Assembly: GCA_000934665.2 (NCBI GenBank)
Contig: JYFJ02004363.1
Coordinates: 1 to 33,039, forward strand
Reading direction: 5' to 3'
DNA from: Catajapyx aquilonaris
Lineage: Eukaryota
DNA length: 33,039 bases
Of this stretch, positions 1 through 13,039 are shown in pieces. Both the position numbers and the translations under genes were made by a program. The notes beneath the pieces were generated by a model that ran no database searches, was not told where the DNA came from, and worked only from the letters and a program-made list of their open reading frames with translations. Every line of letters starts with the position of its first letter. Position 1 is the stretch's first letter.

Positions 1-494
1 AAAACTTTTTCCATCTGTACAGTACAGGTCGATGGTGGATGATGAAAAGTGTTTTCATTTTTTTTTTGTGAGACTGTACCTTGCAAGACTTTTGTTCCGG
101 AAAGTATCTGGCTGATTCAGGAAGAAAATGGTGCAAGATTAATTGCTCCACTTAATTGTTAAAATGAAGGCTCAATTTATATCTTGTCTGGAAGAGGGAA
201 GCCGCAAGATGGCGGTTGGATCCAGTCAGTCGATCATAGCTCGAGGCTTTGTAAATATTATTCCTGCTCGGGACAGTGTTGTGACGGGGCATTATTGTTT
301 GCTTGTAGTTCGGGAAAAAATTTGAGGGCCATGTGGACGTATTGTTATCGAAAAGCGACGGATTCGTGAGTATTACTGACATGTTGATCATACAGAATAA
401 CTGGCAGCTGCTGATGAACCAATCGAGTTTTAACGATAATTGTTACTTAGGAAGGATTATAGTCTGAAAATAGTGATAGAAGTCATATTTGTTC

Positions 495-1113
495 CTTCGA
501 CATTTTTTAAACATTATTTAAACGTTTCTTACATGTGATTATACGTTTCTATGTTATTCTTATATCTTTCGTAAACGTTACCTATGTGTTTCAGGAATTT
601 TAATACGTTTGTAGGCGATTTAGCAATTTGAAACGTTTCTGAAACCTTCAATACACTACGTTACGTACCCGTTTCAGTAATGTTAAAACGTTTTTAGGAT
701 ATTTAGTCATTTGGAACGTTTCGTATCATACGTTTCATACGTTTCGTATCATACGAAACGTTCCAAATTTCCTGAAAATTTCCTAAACGTTACTTACGCG
801 TTTCAGGAAATTTAAAACGTTTCTAACGCTATTTTAGGCATTTGAAACGCTTCCTCCATGTTTCAGGCTCATTAAAACGTTTTCATATTTAGGCATTTGT
901 AGCATTTCATAGTATTATGTTTCTTAAACGTTTCCTGCGCATTTTAGGCTGTTAAAAATGTTTTTATGATATGTATGCATTCTGAGCATTTCGCAGGTAT
1001 ACGTTTCATATCCGTTACATACGCGTCTCAGGAATTTTAAATCATTTCGTATGCGAATTAGGCCTTTGAAACGCTTCTGAAACGTTTCACTGACGTCACA
1101 TGCGCGTTTCAGG
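495..1113. repeat. Degenerate tandem repeat, roughly 60-90 bp units, rich in AAACGTTT
   Basis: A block like gtttcaggaattttaaaacgttt...tttaggcatttgaaacgtttc recurs near 585, 668, 796 and 1021, with many AACGTT palindromes. Boundaries are approximate. Confidence 0.8.
709..768. repeat. Inverted repeat with perfect 18-bp arms and a nested 1-nt-spacer palindrome
   Basis: atttggaacgtttcgtat (709-726) is the exact reverse complement of atacgaaacgttccaaat (751-768). Inner palindrome acgtttcgtat-c-atacgaaacgt at 739-761. Confidence 0.9.
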
Positions 1114-1277
1114 CGTTCCTTATACGTTACACAATCGTTGCCTATATGCTACACAAGCGTTCTTTATGCGTTACACGAGCGTTGCCTATACGTTACACAA
1201 GCGTTACCTATACGTTACACAAACGTTCCCTATGATACGTTACACAAACGTTCCCTATACGTTACACAAACGTTCCA
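1114..1277. repeat. 22-bp minisatellite, about 7 copies, consensus ~cgttccctatacgttacacaaa
   Basis: Units start at 1114, 1136 and 1158, giving period 22. This explains the repetitive ORF 1100..1363. Confidence 0.92.
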
Positions 1278-2564
1278 TTGCCCAATATTTTGTCCTCAAA
1301 TCCATTTCTGGCCATAACTTCTCCCAAAAATATAACTCTGGATTTGAAAACCTGCAAAAATAAAAAGCCAGATAACGAATTCAAGAGGGCCCATTTGGCA
1401 GCCCGTAATTTGTACCGGTGGCCCTCGATTTGAAGGGTGTGGCTCTCTGGAGGTCTTGCGTCGATGCCAGAATCGGCAAAGCAAAACCAGATCCTTTGGC
1501 AGACCCGCGTTAATTTCCGAACTCGCCTTACGACCCTCTCCCACAAAAAAAATGTGACAAATGACTTTCTCTGGAATGAATTGCAAAAGTTTGTCTTTTT
1601 TTTGGAGGAAAGGAAGTCAGGCAGGTCTTAGCTTCTGTCAGGTTTCGACAATAAGAAAAGACCAGTACTAATGAGAAATGTACAGTTTTGGGTAAAATTT
1701 TAACCTTTGTTTATAAATCCTTGCCAGATGCGCCATTGTTGCGTTTTTTCATCTTCAGAAGCTGATACTCGTTATTCTTGATATTTTTTACAATACTGTC
1801 GTGTTTCAGGTACACCCAACAATTGATTTTCGTTTTGGCCACCCCCAAAAACCCTCATCCGGGGACCAGCCCCGAGAGAGAGCAGATCTGGTAACGAGTA
1901 ACAATAAATTGATTTTGCGCGCCGCATAAAGGCGGACCTAGGCCCTGTTATTGCATCACGTCGGCCGTTACTGATATGCATAAAACTAGCAGTTCATTAC
2001 CCGAGGTAATGGCAAGTCCTTTAGAGGATTACTCTTCAAAATTTTCTTACCTACAGAGAGATTTGACGAAAGCGTTAATTAAAGGTGGTCATTTTCTGAG
2101 AGCTTAAAGGCGATAAATGTTGTTTAATGTAGCTATAACTGTTATATCTGTATAGTACCATGCACGGGTGTTTATTTGCTATCGATAGTTATGGGTTGCG
2201 TCTAGAAGACGTTTTTATTAGGCTTTTCTTGATGGAGGAAAAGGGGGGATATTTCGAGGGTGGATTAAGATGACTGATCAAGCCCCCTGGCTGTATTTAA
2301 ATGAATAATGGGACCTGGGACTATATGGGTACGAGTTATGGTCTTTGTACAAGCTGCAGGGATGCGGGTTTTAGGACGGAGCTAGTCGATATGGCTCTTA
2401 TCTGGAACATTAAAACGATTCAAATTGGAGAACGAGATTATTTTGAACGAATGTTTGAAGCAATTTTCTTAGCGTTATATTATATCAAGTTTGATCCATT
2501 TAGTTACATTTTACCGTTCAGTTCTACCTCATGCGTATCGTATTTTAATTAATATTTCTGCAAT

Positions 2565-3257
2565 TGGAATTTACCTGAATTTACATAATCGATATTATCT
2601 GCTAAATAGAGCGATACCATCGTCTTTTTCGATACTATCCCCACTGAAAATACAATAATAAAATCATTACACATAGCATGAATAATGTAGTTGAACTGAA
2701 ATAATACAGGAATCGTTGGACTTTACCCGGATATCTTATCGATACCATCAACTACATTGATGCTATCGCTCTTTTCGATACTATTCTTCCCAGAAAAACC
2801 AACTTAATTATATTATTATGAACATTGCACAACTCCATCTCTAATACTGTTGATATCGTTGGAATTTACATGGAGGTCCCACATTGCTACCAGGGATTTA
2901 ATCGATAATACCGTGTTCATCCATACCATCGCTTAATCTCTTATAGTTTAAATCAACGCTATACTCATTGAAAAGCCAATAATAAAACCATTACACACAA
3001 CATGAATAATGTACGTTGTTACTTTCAATATTTCAGATATCGCTTTGATTTACCTAGATATCTTATCGATACCATCGCTTCAATCGATACTATACCCACT
3101 GAAACCACAAAACTAAAGATATTACACACAATATGAAAAACATCTTCAATATTACAAGTATCGCTGAGATTTACTGGGAGATCTTATCGATACCATCAAA
3201 TCCATCGATACCATCGCTTCAATCGATACTATTCCTCAGAGGAAACCCAACTTAATC
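2565..3257. repeat. Degenerate satellite, about 5 units of ~120-185 bp, with ATCGATA cores
   Basis: Units begin near 2565, 2717, 2859, 3043 and 3163 with (ttgg/tg)atttac..., then tatcgataccatc..., tcgatactat and attacaca. Confidence 0.8.
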
Positions 3258-6053
3258 CGTCAAATGCGGCCTGCCCAAGTTTTCCAAGCCCACCAAATGT
3301 GGGCCACGACCAGTCTCACATCCTCGCCCACTAAAACCCGGAATAAAACTCCTCAGTCAACACCCCCTTTACCCTTCTATTCCCCCCTGGTAGAACTTGA
3401 TAGAGTGAAAAGTTTGGCGTTTATTATCCGTAAAGTTGTGGGACTAGGTCGGGTCTATCGTAGAGAGAAAAAAAGAGAGAAAAGAGAAAAGAGCTCCTTG
3501 CACTTTCTATCGAGTGTCGGAGTTGTTCGTGGTCAAGATAACTCGCGGAGTCTACAGGAAAATAGGATCATTTAGAGGAGCGTCTGGTAATGGATCGAAG
3601 TGGTCCACAGACGACCGGGAATCGATTCACGGGCTCCTAGATACGAGTTCTCTCTCCCCCCCCACCACCCACTTCCACTACCCACTAACCCTTTCCAGAC
3701 TGATTGTGTGGAAATTGCGAGCACTATATATAGTGCTACTGTATTAGGCGATTTCTATTGATTCCTAGTCGGCTAGAAACGGACCGTAAAAAAAATTCAC
3801 AGGAATTATGTGTGGGTTACAGTGTTCGTAATCAGAAATGCGTGATGGAAATTTTTTAAAGTAATGGGCATTTGACTATGAAATTATTCATGCAGATCAT
3901 GAAATACTTAAATGCAGTAATTTTCTGGAAAAAGTTGATCTCCACATTTATTCGTAATATGAGCCCAAAAGAACATTTTAAGCGGAAACTGATAGCGAGA
4001 AATAATTCATATTGGAGGGAAAATGTTTGGAGGGAATTACAGCCCTAATTCACATATTATGAATATTAGTTAACTGTTAAAATCAGCGAATTAGGCTGTT
4101 AATATCAATATAGAAAATTTTATAGCCTATTAGAAAAAATACGACATTGACGATAGTATCATTTCTATTGGTACTATCGATAGTATATCACATAACTTTT
4201 ATCGAGACAAACTCTGTGCATTATTTTGCGATATACCTAGGGTTATTGCAATGGCTAACAATAAAAGTAATTTAACCCTCATGCTACGACACTTTGAAAT
4301 ATTAGAATATACAGAAAATGTTGCTGCGCATGTTTCTCATATGATATCCCGTGATATCCTGTTAACTATCTCCAATGTCTTGTCACTTGAACTGTGGATA
4401 AGGCGATGTGTTTGGAACGAGATATCGCACTTTGAAATTCAGATCGTGCTGTATACAAAGTATGACAGACACTCATTGAGGCAACATGAAGGATATTAAT
4501 GTCAATATTAGGAGGCTGACAATGGTGCGACAAAGAATATCATACGCACCACTACCGGTTTTGTCAGGACCGTTTGAAATTGATATAATGTTAGCAAAAA
4601 GTCTATTGACGTATTATATTGCCCAGGTCATGGACTGCAGCAGGTTACATAGAGAGAATGTAAAATTAGGCAGGCCGCACTCGAAATACAATACCAGTTA
4701 TGTATACACAAGCGAAGGCCAGGTTCGCTTCCAACAAGAATAGTGATTGATATTGGCAGGGGCTTCACTTTTTGCTAGTACTATAGCAAGTACTGGTCCG
4801 CATTATTTGGCACATACGAGCTGTAAAAAATTCACAACTAAACAACAGATGAAGGACAATGTGTACACAAGAAATGCCTTCACATCATCAAAAATTGACA
4901 AACCCCCCGAAGGGGAAACAACTCTTGTGGACACAGCATTGTGATTGTTGAAAGATTGTAGTGATTTAGTACAGGGGATCAAATGGAGGGGGGTAGATAT
5001 AAATCTAGATTGGCAAAAAAGTTTGTCTTTCCACTGTTGAACAAGCCAACCTTGTAAGCATCGGCTAGATTTATCGGATACTATAACATGGAAGAAAAAG
5101 TAGCAATATTTTTGCAGTTTAATAACAAGGAATTTATCCTTTAAAGCTGGGAAACTCTATCAAAAATGGTAGAAAAGTCAGTTTTCAAAATGGTGTCTTC
5201 GGTATCATTATTATCAAATTGTGCTGTTTTTATACAAATTTAAGGCCCTTCTTCAGGAAACATTTCAATCTGAACAATGTTGGTAACAATGCGAATTTTT
5301 CTCTCTATTTTCCAGCCTGTTTTTGGACTGTACGACAATGTATTAGTCGTGACTCAGGTAAGACCCCCAATGTTGCACAGACATTTCGCCTGTTAATCAG
5401 GAATCGTGCCAAGGTTTCTCCCCAAATATTTCCCAAGTTCGAACACACCCTCTGCAAGTCTTGACACTTTCCCCTGGTTAATTTCTTTTCCCCTGGATAT
5501 TACAGCGTCACCTCCTCTCCCTTGGAAAACCCCCTCTCAAGAAAGGTTCCCAACGAGGTGACGACAGTAAATTTTCTCAGCCTTGGCTTATGGAGCGAGG
5601 GAGGTAGTGTTTGGTAGGAGATGAAGGGAAGTAGAAGGGAAAAAAGATTGGGGGAGAGAAGGGAAGGGTCCCCAATTCCCATCCAACCTCCAACGTCCCT
5701 TGACACATTCCTCCAACTCTGCCCAAAGTCTCCCTAAACTTTCTGACACTCGACCTCCGCAAATTGCGCTCCCTATGACAGCCACTTTTACGGCCCTCTG
5801 TTCCCAGCGCCAGGTTTTTCCCCGAGTCTCACCTAATCCACTTCCCCCTCCTCCCCCCGCCTTCCCCCACCTCAATCCCTCTAAAAACTCCTTTTTTCCC
5901 TTCCTTTCCCTTGACATCATCCGATTCACCAGCTTATCTCTCCCTCAGGAAGTTTACCTCTGGACCGCTCGATAATGGATGATACACACGGGTGAAAGAG
6001 GGCGACATCACTGCTCATAAAGCCGCCATTTTGTTGCAAACCTAGGGTAGTAA

Positions 6054-6675
6054 GCGGCCAACCTCAAACAGTAACGTTTGACCTACCTAACAAAGCAACA
6101 ATCAAGTGATTCTTACTGATAGGTGACTGTCAAAAAATATTGTTTGGAGATGGCCTGAACAGTGGAGACGGATATATTTTACTACCTTAGTAAGCTGGGC
6201 TTGGATGTTGCCATTTCACTTCTGGTGATAGGTTATAGTGTGTAGCCAACACATGGGAGAAAGAAAATAGGCCTAGAAGCCACGTGGTGGATAGGTCTAG
6301 AAGCCACGTGGTGCACTAAGGCTATTTTGTATTCAGCTACCAACCTTCCATTTGTTTTCAGACATCGTTACGGCGGTCAAAATACTTTAGAAAGAGGCCA
6401 ACGTCAGAGAGAAAGGTTTGACCTACCCTACAAAGCAACAATCAAGTGATTATAACTGATAGGTGACTGTCAAAAAGTTGTTTGAAGGTGTCCGTACATG
6501 GGCCCTATTGTTACAATTATGGTATGCTATAGAGAGTAGCAATTTTGTATCCACACCTGAGAAAGAGCCACGTGGTGGCTAGGACTTGAAACCACGTGGT
6601 GCTAGGCCTAGCGGCCATTTTGTATCCTACTTCCATTTGTTTCCATGCCTTGTTACAGCGGTCACAACACGGCCT
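6054..6675. repeat. Diverged tandem duplication, two units of ~290-340 bp
   Basis: gtttgacctacc..caaagcaacaatcaagtgatt..actgataggtgactgtcaaaaa occurs at 6076 and 6416. Each is followed by a gccacgtggtg block and ttccatttgttt (near 6270-6360 and 6566-6650). Confidence 0.88.
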
Positions 6676-7836
6676 CAACATTGATGTGCTACATCAGCAC
6701 TACCTTGCTAGAGTCAGATGTCGTAACAGACTCAGTGGCAAGAGCATAGAACAGCAGAAGCGGAGAATTTGGTTTATGGCGAGAGGGGAGGCTGGTAAGG
6801 CACTGCGAAGTCTGAATTATTGCTGGGAGGCGTTGTTGAGGCGTCGCGGTTTGCCGCTTCCTTCTAATAAAATTACCCAGCCGAGCGCTGTTTGCAAGAT
6901 TGCACTCAAGAACAGAAGGGCTTTGCTTGGGGAACACATCTGCCAAAATTTTGCACGGAATGTTTTCCAGGCATGGCAGGAGTAAGGTCAATTGCTGTAG
7001 GCCTACTCCAAAGGTTAAATATTTAAGTGGAAAATATTGATCATTTACACAAAATATTCTATTTCAAACACTCTTGGCTGTTCCACTTTAACAGAGTTTT
7101 AAAGTCCAACAATGAAGCGTCATGTGTAGAAATGATATTTCAGAAAGTTTGTAAATAAGAGATGAAGTCAGCTGAAAAATTATCAATAAAAAATGGCGGA
7201 AAGCAATAATACCTCTCTAGCAGACTTGATTCTGTCTACTGTGCTCAATTCTTTTTTTTGTTATTTTTGTCTGCGCCCGGAGCCGAAGATCTAGGTCGGA
7301 CAGGGAAGAAGCGGCAATAATGACGTTATTGACGGCCGAAATTGAAAATACTTTCGCAAAAAAAAAGGATAGGCGAAAAGCGAAACCGAGAGCACCCGGA
7401 GGCTTATTGTTGCAACTATTCTCAGGAAACTGTAAGGAAGTAGGGCTGATTTGAGATGAACCTTTTTGTGTTGTTTAATTGTAACAATGTTAGCTGGTAG
7501 ATCCCCTGTAATTAAATGATGTGGTGAAATGTTTGGGGCAATCGATGAGTGTCCGGGGTTGTTTTGGTGCGTGTAGGTGACCTGATGAGGTTGCAGCAAT
7601 TCAATAATTGATTCCAGTTGGTTCCTGAGCACTGCCTATTTGACCTCTCGCATGTCAATGTGGCCTTTGTTCTCTCTGTACTGTACTGCGCCTCACTAAA
7701 CTGTTCCTGGTTCACAAAGGTGTATTGCTGTTTGGTTCAGGTACATGCCAATGATCATTGTCTTTGATTTATTGATACCTTATGATCACATCCATTGAAT
7801 CCAACTAATTGCGTCTCACTAGTAACTTCCATAATG

Positions 7837-7873
7837 ATTTTAATCCACTACAATAATTGTAGTGGATTAAAAT
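7837..7873. repeat. Perfect palindrome, 18-bp arms, 1-nt spacer
   Basis: attttaatccactacaat-a-attgtagtggattaaaat. Confidence 0.95.
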
Positions 7874-7874
7874 T

Positions 7875-8026
7875 ACCAGGTGGTGACTAGGCCTTGTAAC
7901 CACGTGGTGCTAGTCCTTGAAACCACGTGGTGCTAGGCCTTGAAACCACGTAGTGCTAGGCCTTGAAACCACATGGTGCTAGGCCTAGCGGCCATTTTGT
8001 ATCCTGCTTCCATTTGTTTCCAGGCC
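7875..8026. repeat. 23-bp minisatellite (about 5 units, core ACCACGTGGT) plus a flank shared with 6566-6650
   Basis: Unit gaaaccacgtggtgctaggcctt has its core at 7901, 7924, 7947 and 7970. It is followed by ctagcggccattttgtatcct.cttccatttgtttcca, nearly identical to the sequence at ~6608-6645. Confidence 0.9.
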
Positions 8027-9986
8027 TCTCTTTACAAGTTCAGAGGTGAGTTTATGTGTAGGCCATGACATGAACTACCCACCTCAGGTGATCCTGGTAA
8101 AATTTGATTTCCTCGCCCCTTCCAACTGATCCTAAAAAGAGGAGAGAGAGTAGACCATAGAGGTGAGGGGTTGATAGGAGGCTGCAGAGATGTAAAAGCG
8201 AATTCTCTCATGCTGCATGAAAGTCTGCAGTGGTCACGAAAAATGATTTTTTCCCTACCCCTTCTAAAATTTGCTCTCGAAAAAAACCCTAGAATATTGA
8301 GTATGGTGTACAGTATGCCTGGTGCTGACTGCTATGGATAAATTAACATACAGAGTTTGTCTCGACTCTATTTTTAAAAAGCTCGGTGCAGAAGAAATAT
8401 ATGCTGGTAGAACATTGCAATTTTTTTGGCGTAGTGGAAGCCTAATTTGGAGTGACTGCAAGCATGGTGACCAGAGGCCTGGAAACTTCTCTGGAAATGA
8501 GGTCGGAACTTGTAGCTTTTCAAATTATTTATGACGCGCTAGTGTGCATACGTAATTGCTGGGAGCGTACGGTTAGGTTTTTGCATGGGTAAATAAACAC
8601 TTCATGACCTTGCACATTTTTGCAACAATGTGAGTGCTACAAGATTTTTTTTTAATCCTATGAAAAATTATGCTGCTTGTAATATTAGGCCTACTGTTTA
8701 AAAAAAAAGTGATTTGTACATTTACAGTCGAATGTGCCTCGAGGTATAATTGCATCTGGCACAGTGAAACGATATTCAAATTAAAACTTGTGCAAACGAC
8801 ATATCTCTTTTTTCGAATATACAGAAGCAATAGTTAATTAACAATGTATACGACCTCTGGGCATACACTTTCCGGATTTCTTTTCAGAATACACTTTGAA
8901 CAAATTAGAATTAAACCCATTTAATAATTAATATTAAATAATGGCTGTATTTAATTATTGACAATGCAAATCCTGCGCCTTACAGTTCTAAGAATAAACC
9001 TGTTTCTCACAAAATACTGCAAACCTCGCTATCAGACTGACACTAATGTACTTAGCATGTCACTATAATGAGGTCAGGTCATGACTTAATTTTACATGCA
9101 AATGACGTCACTTTTAAACTCATAACAATGTTCTTTGCCAAAAATTTTACGAAATGGACCCACACCCTTATCGACCTCAATTTTTAGAGTCTCCCCCCAC
9201 CGGTATATTCATGAACTATGCAAAAAAAAGAGGATCAGTTACTCAGTGAAACATCATAAATCATTAGAGAAAATGGCGGATGTGAAAAGGGCGGAAGGAG
9301 AAGGTAGGGGATGGAGAGGAGGGGGGGGGAAGGTGGGTAGGAAAATTTCCATTCGGACTAATCAGACTTTGCTACATGTGCTTCATTAATAAGGCAGCCA
9401 TGGGGCTTTTAAGGCCGGAGCTTAATGGTCAGAAAGAGCACGTGGGGGAGATGGGGAGAAGCTGGGAGGAGGGGTTTTTTGTCGTACCTTTCAGCACTAT
9501 TGGATGCTAAGCAGCTTTTCTCGAGGGCTGGTATTTTGCAAAATTCAGAATTTTGGAAGGGGAAATGGAGGCTTCTGGCCCTCAAAGTAGTGGCCGATCT
9601 GTGAGAAGTAAATGTTGAAATTTTTATGAAGTTGAAACTATCGTAGTTTTGTGATTCGTCTGATGTGGGCATTACAAGATGGCAAAACTCTTCCATGTTC
9701 TTCCCTTCTTCTGTAGTTCTGTAGTATGCAATTGGCCCACAAGACCTGTCATTTGCTGGCACGGGCATGTTCCCTTCCATGCATCATTTAATTCCCCCTC
9801 GCTCACATGCAGAACACTCATCCATCACTAGGAAAGAACTCCCCAGTACAAGACCACTGTCCACGATGGACAAAAAAAATGGAAATCGAGCCTACGACTT
9901 CCTAGTACATGACACTGATTTTTGTGTATGTAATCGATGAAGGTGATCGTTAAAGAAGTATTGTTTAGGTTGAAATAGGACTTTGT

Positions 9987-10058
9987 GAAATACACCAGAC
10001 CTTTTCTTCTGGCCCTGGGCAGAGTAGGGAGTGCAATTCTGCCCCGGCATATCGGGTG
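9987..10058 (+). repeat. ~70-bp dispersed hairpin repeat, copy 1
   Basis: Its reverse complement aligns by eye to 16006-16075 with about 9 substitutions and a 2-nt indel. Internal inverted arms gggcaga...tctgccc. Confidence 0.85.
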
Positions 10059-10867
10059 AAAAGCGGAAAAAGACCCGGCCAAGCAGAGGTGACGGTGACG
10101 AGGACCCCGGCGTCCCTCTTGGGTGGCCAGTGGCGTAACCACCAGACAACCATGCCTCCCTAATATTGGTTATTAAATATTAGCTTCCACTGATTAACAA
10201 GTCTGATAATTCAATTATTTCAAAGCCAGTTCTTTTTGGTAAGAACAGCTCTCCACACTTCATCAGAATGCAAGGATTGGCATCAACTGTCAGAATATTG
10301 AACTTAGTTTTCTGAATTTTTGATCGCCATGATGGGGGGTGAAAATTGGTCCTAATTGGCAATTCGGAACAGATCATCCAGAAGCAAGAGTCTGGTCATA
10401 AATATTAATTGGCGAAAAATGGAAGAGGACGTCAGATAAAAATGCCGACGTGCTGCATTGGACTTATTTTTGAACTAACCGCAGGGTTATTTAGATAGAA
10501 CTGTCCTTGATAAAGTGCATAAATTCTGAAAAAAATGATTTTTTTTTTCAAAAATTGAGTGGACCCGGTAGCAAGCACAGATTCGTTTTTAGAGACGACG
10601 TGAATTTGTCGATATCGGTTCGAATAGGGTATAAAAAACGTGAGAGTTAGAAGCACCGATCAGTAGTGATATATTATGTTCCTCTTTCATTTCCAGTTTC
10701 CATTTGCCAGTTCTACTAGAATTATAGCGCCCTACTGGTATATTGGTCACGCATGATAAGGAAAATGCAAATGCATTATCGATTCTCTTAGCAAGAACTT
10801 CTCTACTTTCCTTTGGAAAGCTATTGGAGCTTTTGTGAAATTAAGCTATCGAAGTATCGGAATATTC

Positions 10868-10868
<1 letters not shown>

Positions 10869-10950
<82 letters not shown>
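10869..10950. repeat. (TTA)n microsatellite, about 27 perfect units
   Basis: Uninterrupted att repeats; source of the poly-Leu ORF 10813..11007. Confidence 0.98.
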
Positions 10951-10998
10951 GGCCTACCTCTACTACTACTCCTACTCCTGATGATTTTGCTGCTCCTG

Positions 10999-11036
10999 CT
11001 AACCTAACCTAACCTAACCTAACCTAACCTAACCTA
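10999..11036. repeat. (CCTAA)7 tract, i.e. (TTAGG)n on the minus strand
   Basis: aacct repeated 7 times at 11001-11035. Confidence 0.95.
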
Positions 11037-13039
11037 TCAATTATTATTCTAATCTACAATATTTTGGTAAAATAACTGTCGTAATCCAAACCTGCTTACT
11101 GGCATCATAAAGTAACGATAACTCTCGTACAATTTTTAAAAATGAAACGACCAGTGGCTAGTAATGATTCGCATGCGCCTGCAGCCATTTTTGTTATAAA
11201 ACTGAACTTGCCCCCAAGTTGGGGTTCGCACTTTGGTCGAATTTATGTGTAATTTTTGGCCGTTTTTGGAAATGAATCCGTGTTTTAGTGCGGCTTGGTC
11301 GCATAGTCTTATTTCACCCATGGGGTGGAAGCGATTCAACTTTTCATGCGTGATTAAAGTTTACGACGCCCAAACTCTGGTGACCCTGGACCCATATACC
11401 CCCCTAGAGGAGACGTATAATCCTCCCAGGAATTTTCTTCCCCTTCCCTCCCTACCCCGCCTCCTCTCCCCACTTTCCAAACACAAGTCTGCGGGACACT
11501 GGTTGTAAACAACGTCGTTTTCGGGCCGTGTCCGGCAGTAATGTAACTCGCATATAAACGGAATGAAAATTCAGTGTCTAGATGTGCCTTTTTTTTGCGA
11601 ATATTTAAAGCAAACTATGTGACACGTAGGGTATGTTTTCTAGTGCTCTAATTACAGACTTTCAACACCTCCTAAATCTCAAATAATAAACAAACACGCT
11701 AGCAAACAAACTTGGACTTTTATATACCGTACTATGTAGATTTCTTTATCTATTTGTGTGAATATGTGTTTAAAAATTTATATGAATTTTCATTTTCAAT
11801 TCATTTGTTCAGTTATTAATTTCTTTTCAAAATTATATATTTATTAATTTCTTTTCAAAATTAGATTCAATTTATTTTTTCATTATCTAGTCAACGTCTA
11901 AATTTTTGTTTGTTTGTTTGTCCATTCCACACCCATTTCATACACCCACAAGTTGGCATCCAATGGGTGTATTATCACGTTAAACCCCGCTTTAAGCTTA
12001 TCCTTCTGATTACGTGCCAAGGCAATGCAACACTTACATAACTCAACCCCCTCAGCTCTAAAAAAAATGTAAGTGACATACATGTTCCGCCTTACTCACA
12101 CTATATCTCTTTATAAACTACTCCCTTTCGTGCCGTTGCTTTGACGTCGCAATGGCGGAATAAATCTGACTATACTTAAAGTGGTCCCCCCCCCCCACCT
12201 ACACTACAAGAGAAAAAATGGCGTTTGAGCAACAAGCCAACACATAGGGAGGGTTTGGGGGAGAGGGCGAACTAAAAGCGAATTTCACGGTAATCTTACC
12301 GTGAGGAAAAGGCAGGAGAGGAATCGAGAACGCCGATTAAGGGAGTAAAATCAGACTCTCCGACCTCCTGTACCAGGTTTGTAGGACTATAGTTTTGGAT
12401 TCCCATTGTTGGTTCTAACCTATATAACCATTGGTTTGGTTGTAAACATCAGGGTGATAATTTACTTTGCATATTTGCCTGGTCATCTCCATACAAATAT
12501 CACATTCCACCTGATTACCTCATGTCAACTTCACTTACAACAACCTGCACGTACGTTCAACACTTGTTACAAACTACAACGCAACAATGCCTCTCCTAAT
12601 TGCTCCTTTTTTCCTCAGACGTACCCCGGAGTTGAATAAGGTTCTTCCTATGCGTCCTAATAACCCCCCAAGTCTGCTAAAACCAGCTGCATCTGATGGG
12701 TAGGTCTGGCTTCAGCCGCACTGAAGAAGTGCCTGATCCCTAGGCCCCTCTTCAGAGCAGACTTGAAAACTTTTGCCGCAAGCTTTGGCAGCATCCGTAA
12801 CAATCTCGTCGTGTTAATGCTTTTAATGGATCCTTGCCTGAGTATCTCCAGGGCTGGAAGGGAGGGTTAATTATTCACTGTACGAGATCACGTTTCGTTT
12901 TCCGGAGACGTTTCTCTCGCTGGATGCTTACGCAGGCAACGGATTACTGCTGCCTAGGGGGAGGGGGGAGTAGGAGATGGTTGATATTTTGACAAAAGTT
13001 GGAAAGGTGTGATAATTGTGATTGGAAATTGTCAATCGC

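Noticed and set aside
1262..1546. Minus-strand peptide FKSRVIFLGEVMARNG, loosely like the LTR-retrotransposon RT 'V.FLG' segment
   Set aside because: No YxDD or other RT motifs nearby; the similarity is too short.
1636..1660. caggtttcgac, a partial reverse-complement resemblance to miR-981
   Set aside because: The match does not extend to the seed end and there is no hairpin. I recognised no conserved miRNA anywhere in the window by eye.
6596..6985. 129-aa ORF containing KRRIWF, reminiscent of homeodomain helix 3
   Set aside because: It lacks WFxNxR and the other helices, and starts inside a repeat.
10813..11007. Poly-Leu ORF resembling a signal peptide or transmembrane segment
   Set aside because: It is the translation of the (TTA)n microsatellite.
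12285..12304. Short hairpin tcacggtaa-tc-ttaccgtga (a similar 9-bp stem lies at ~13714-13738)
   Set aside because: 9-bp arms can occur by chance in 33 kb, and there is no supporting context.
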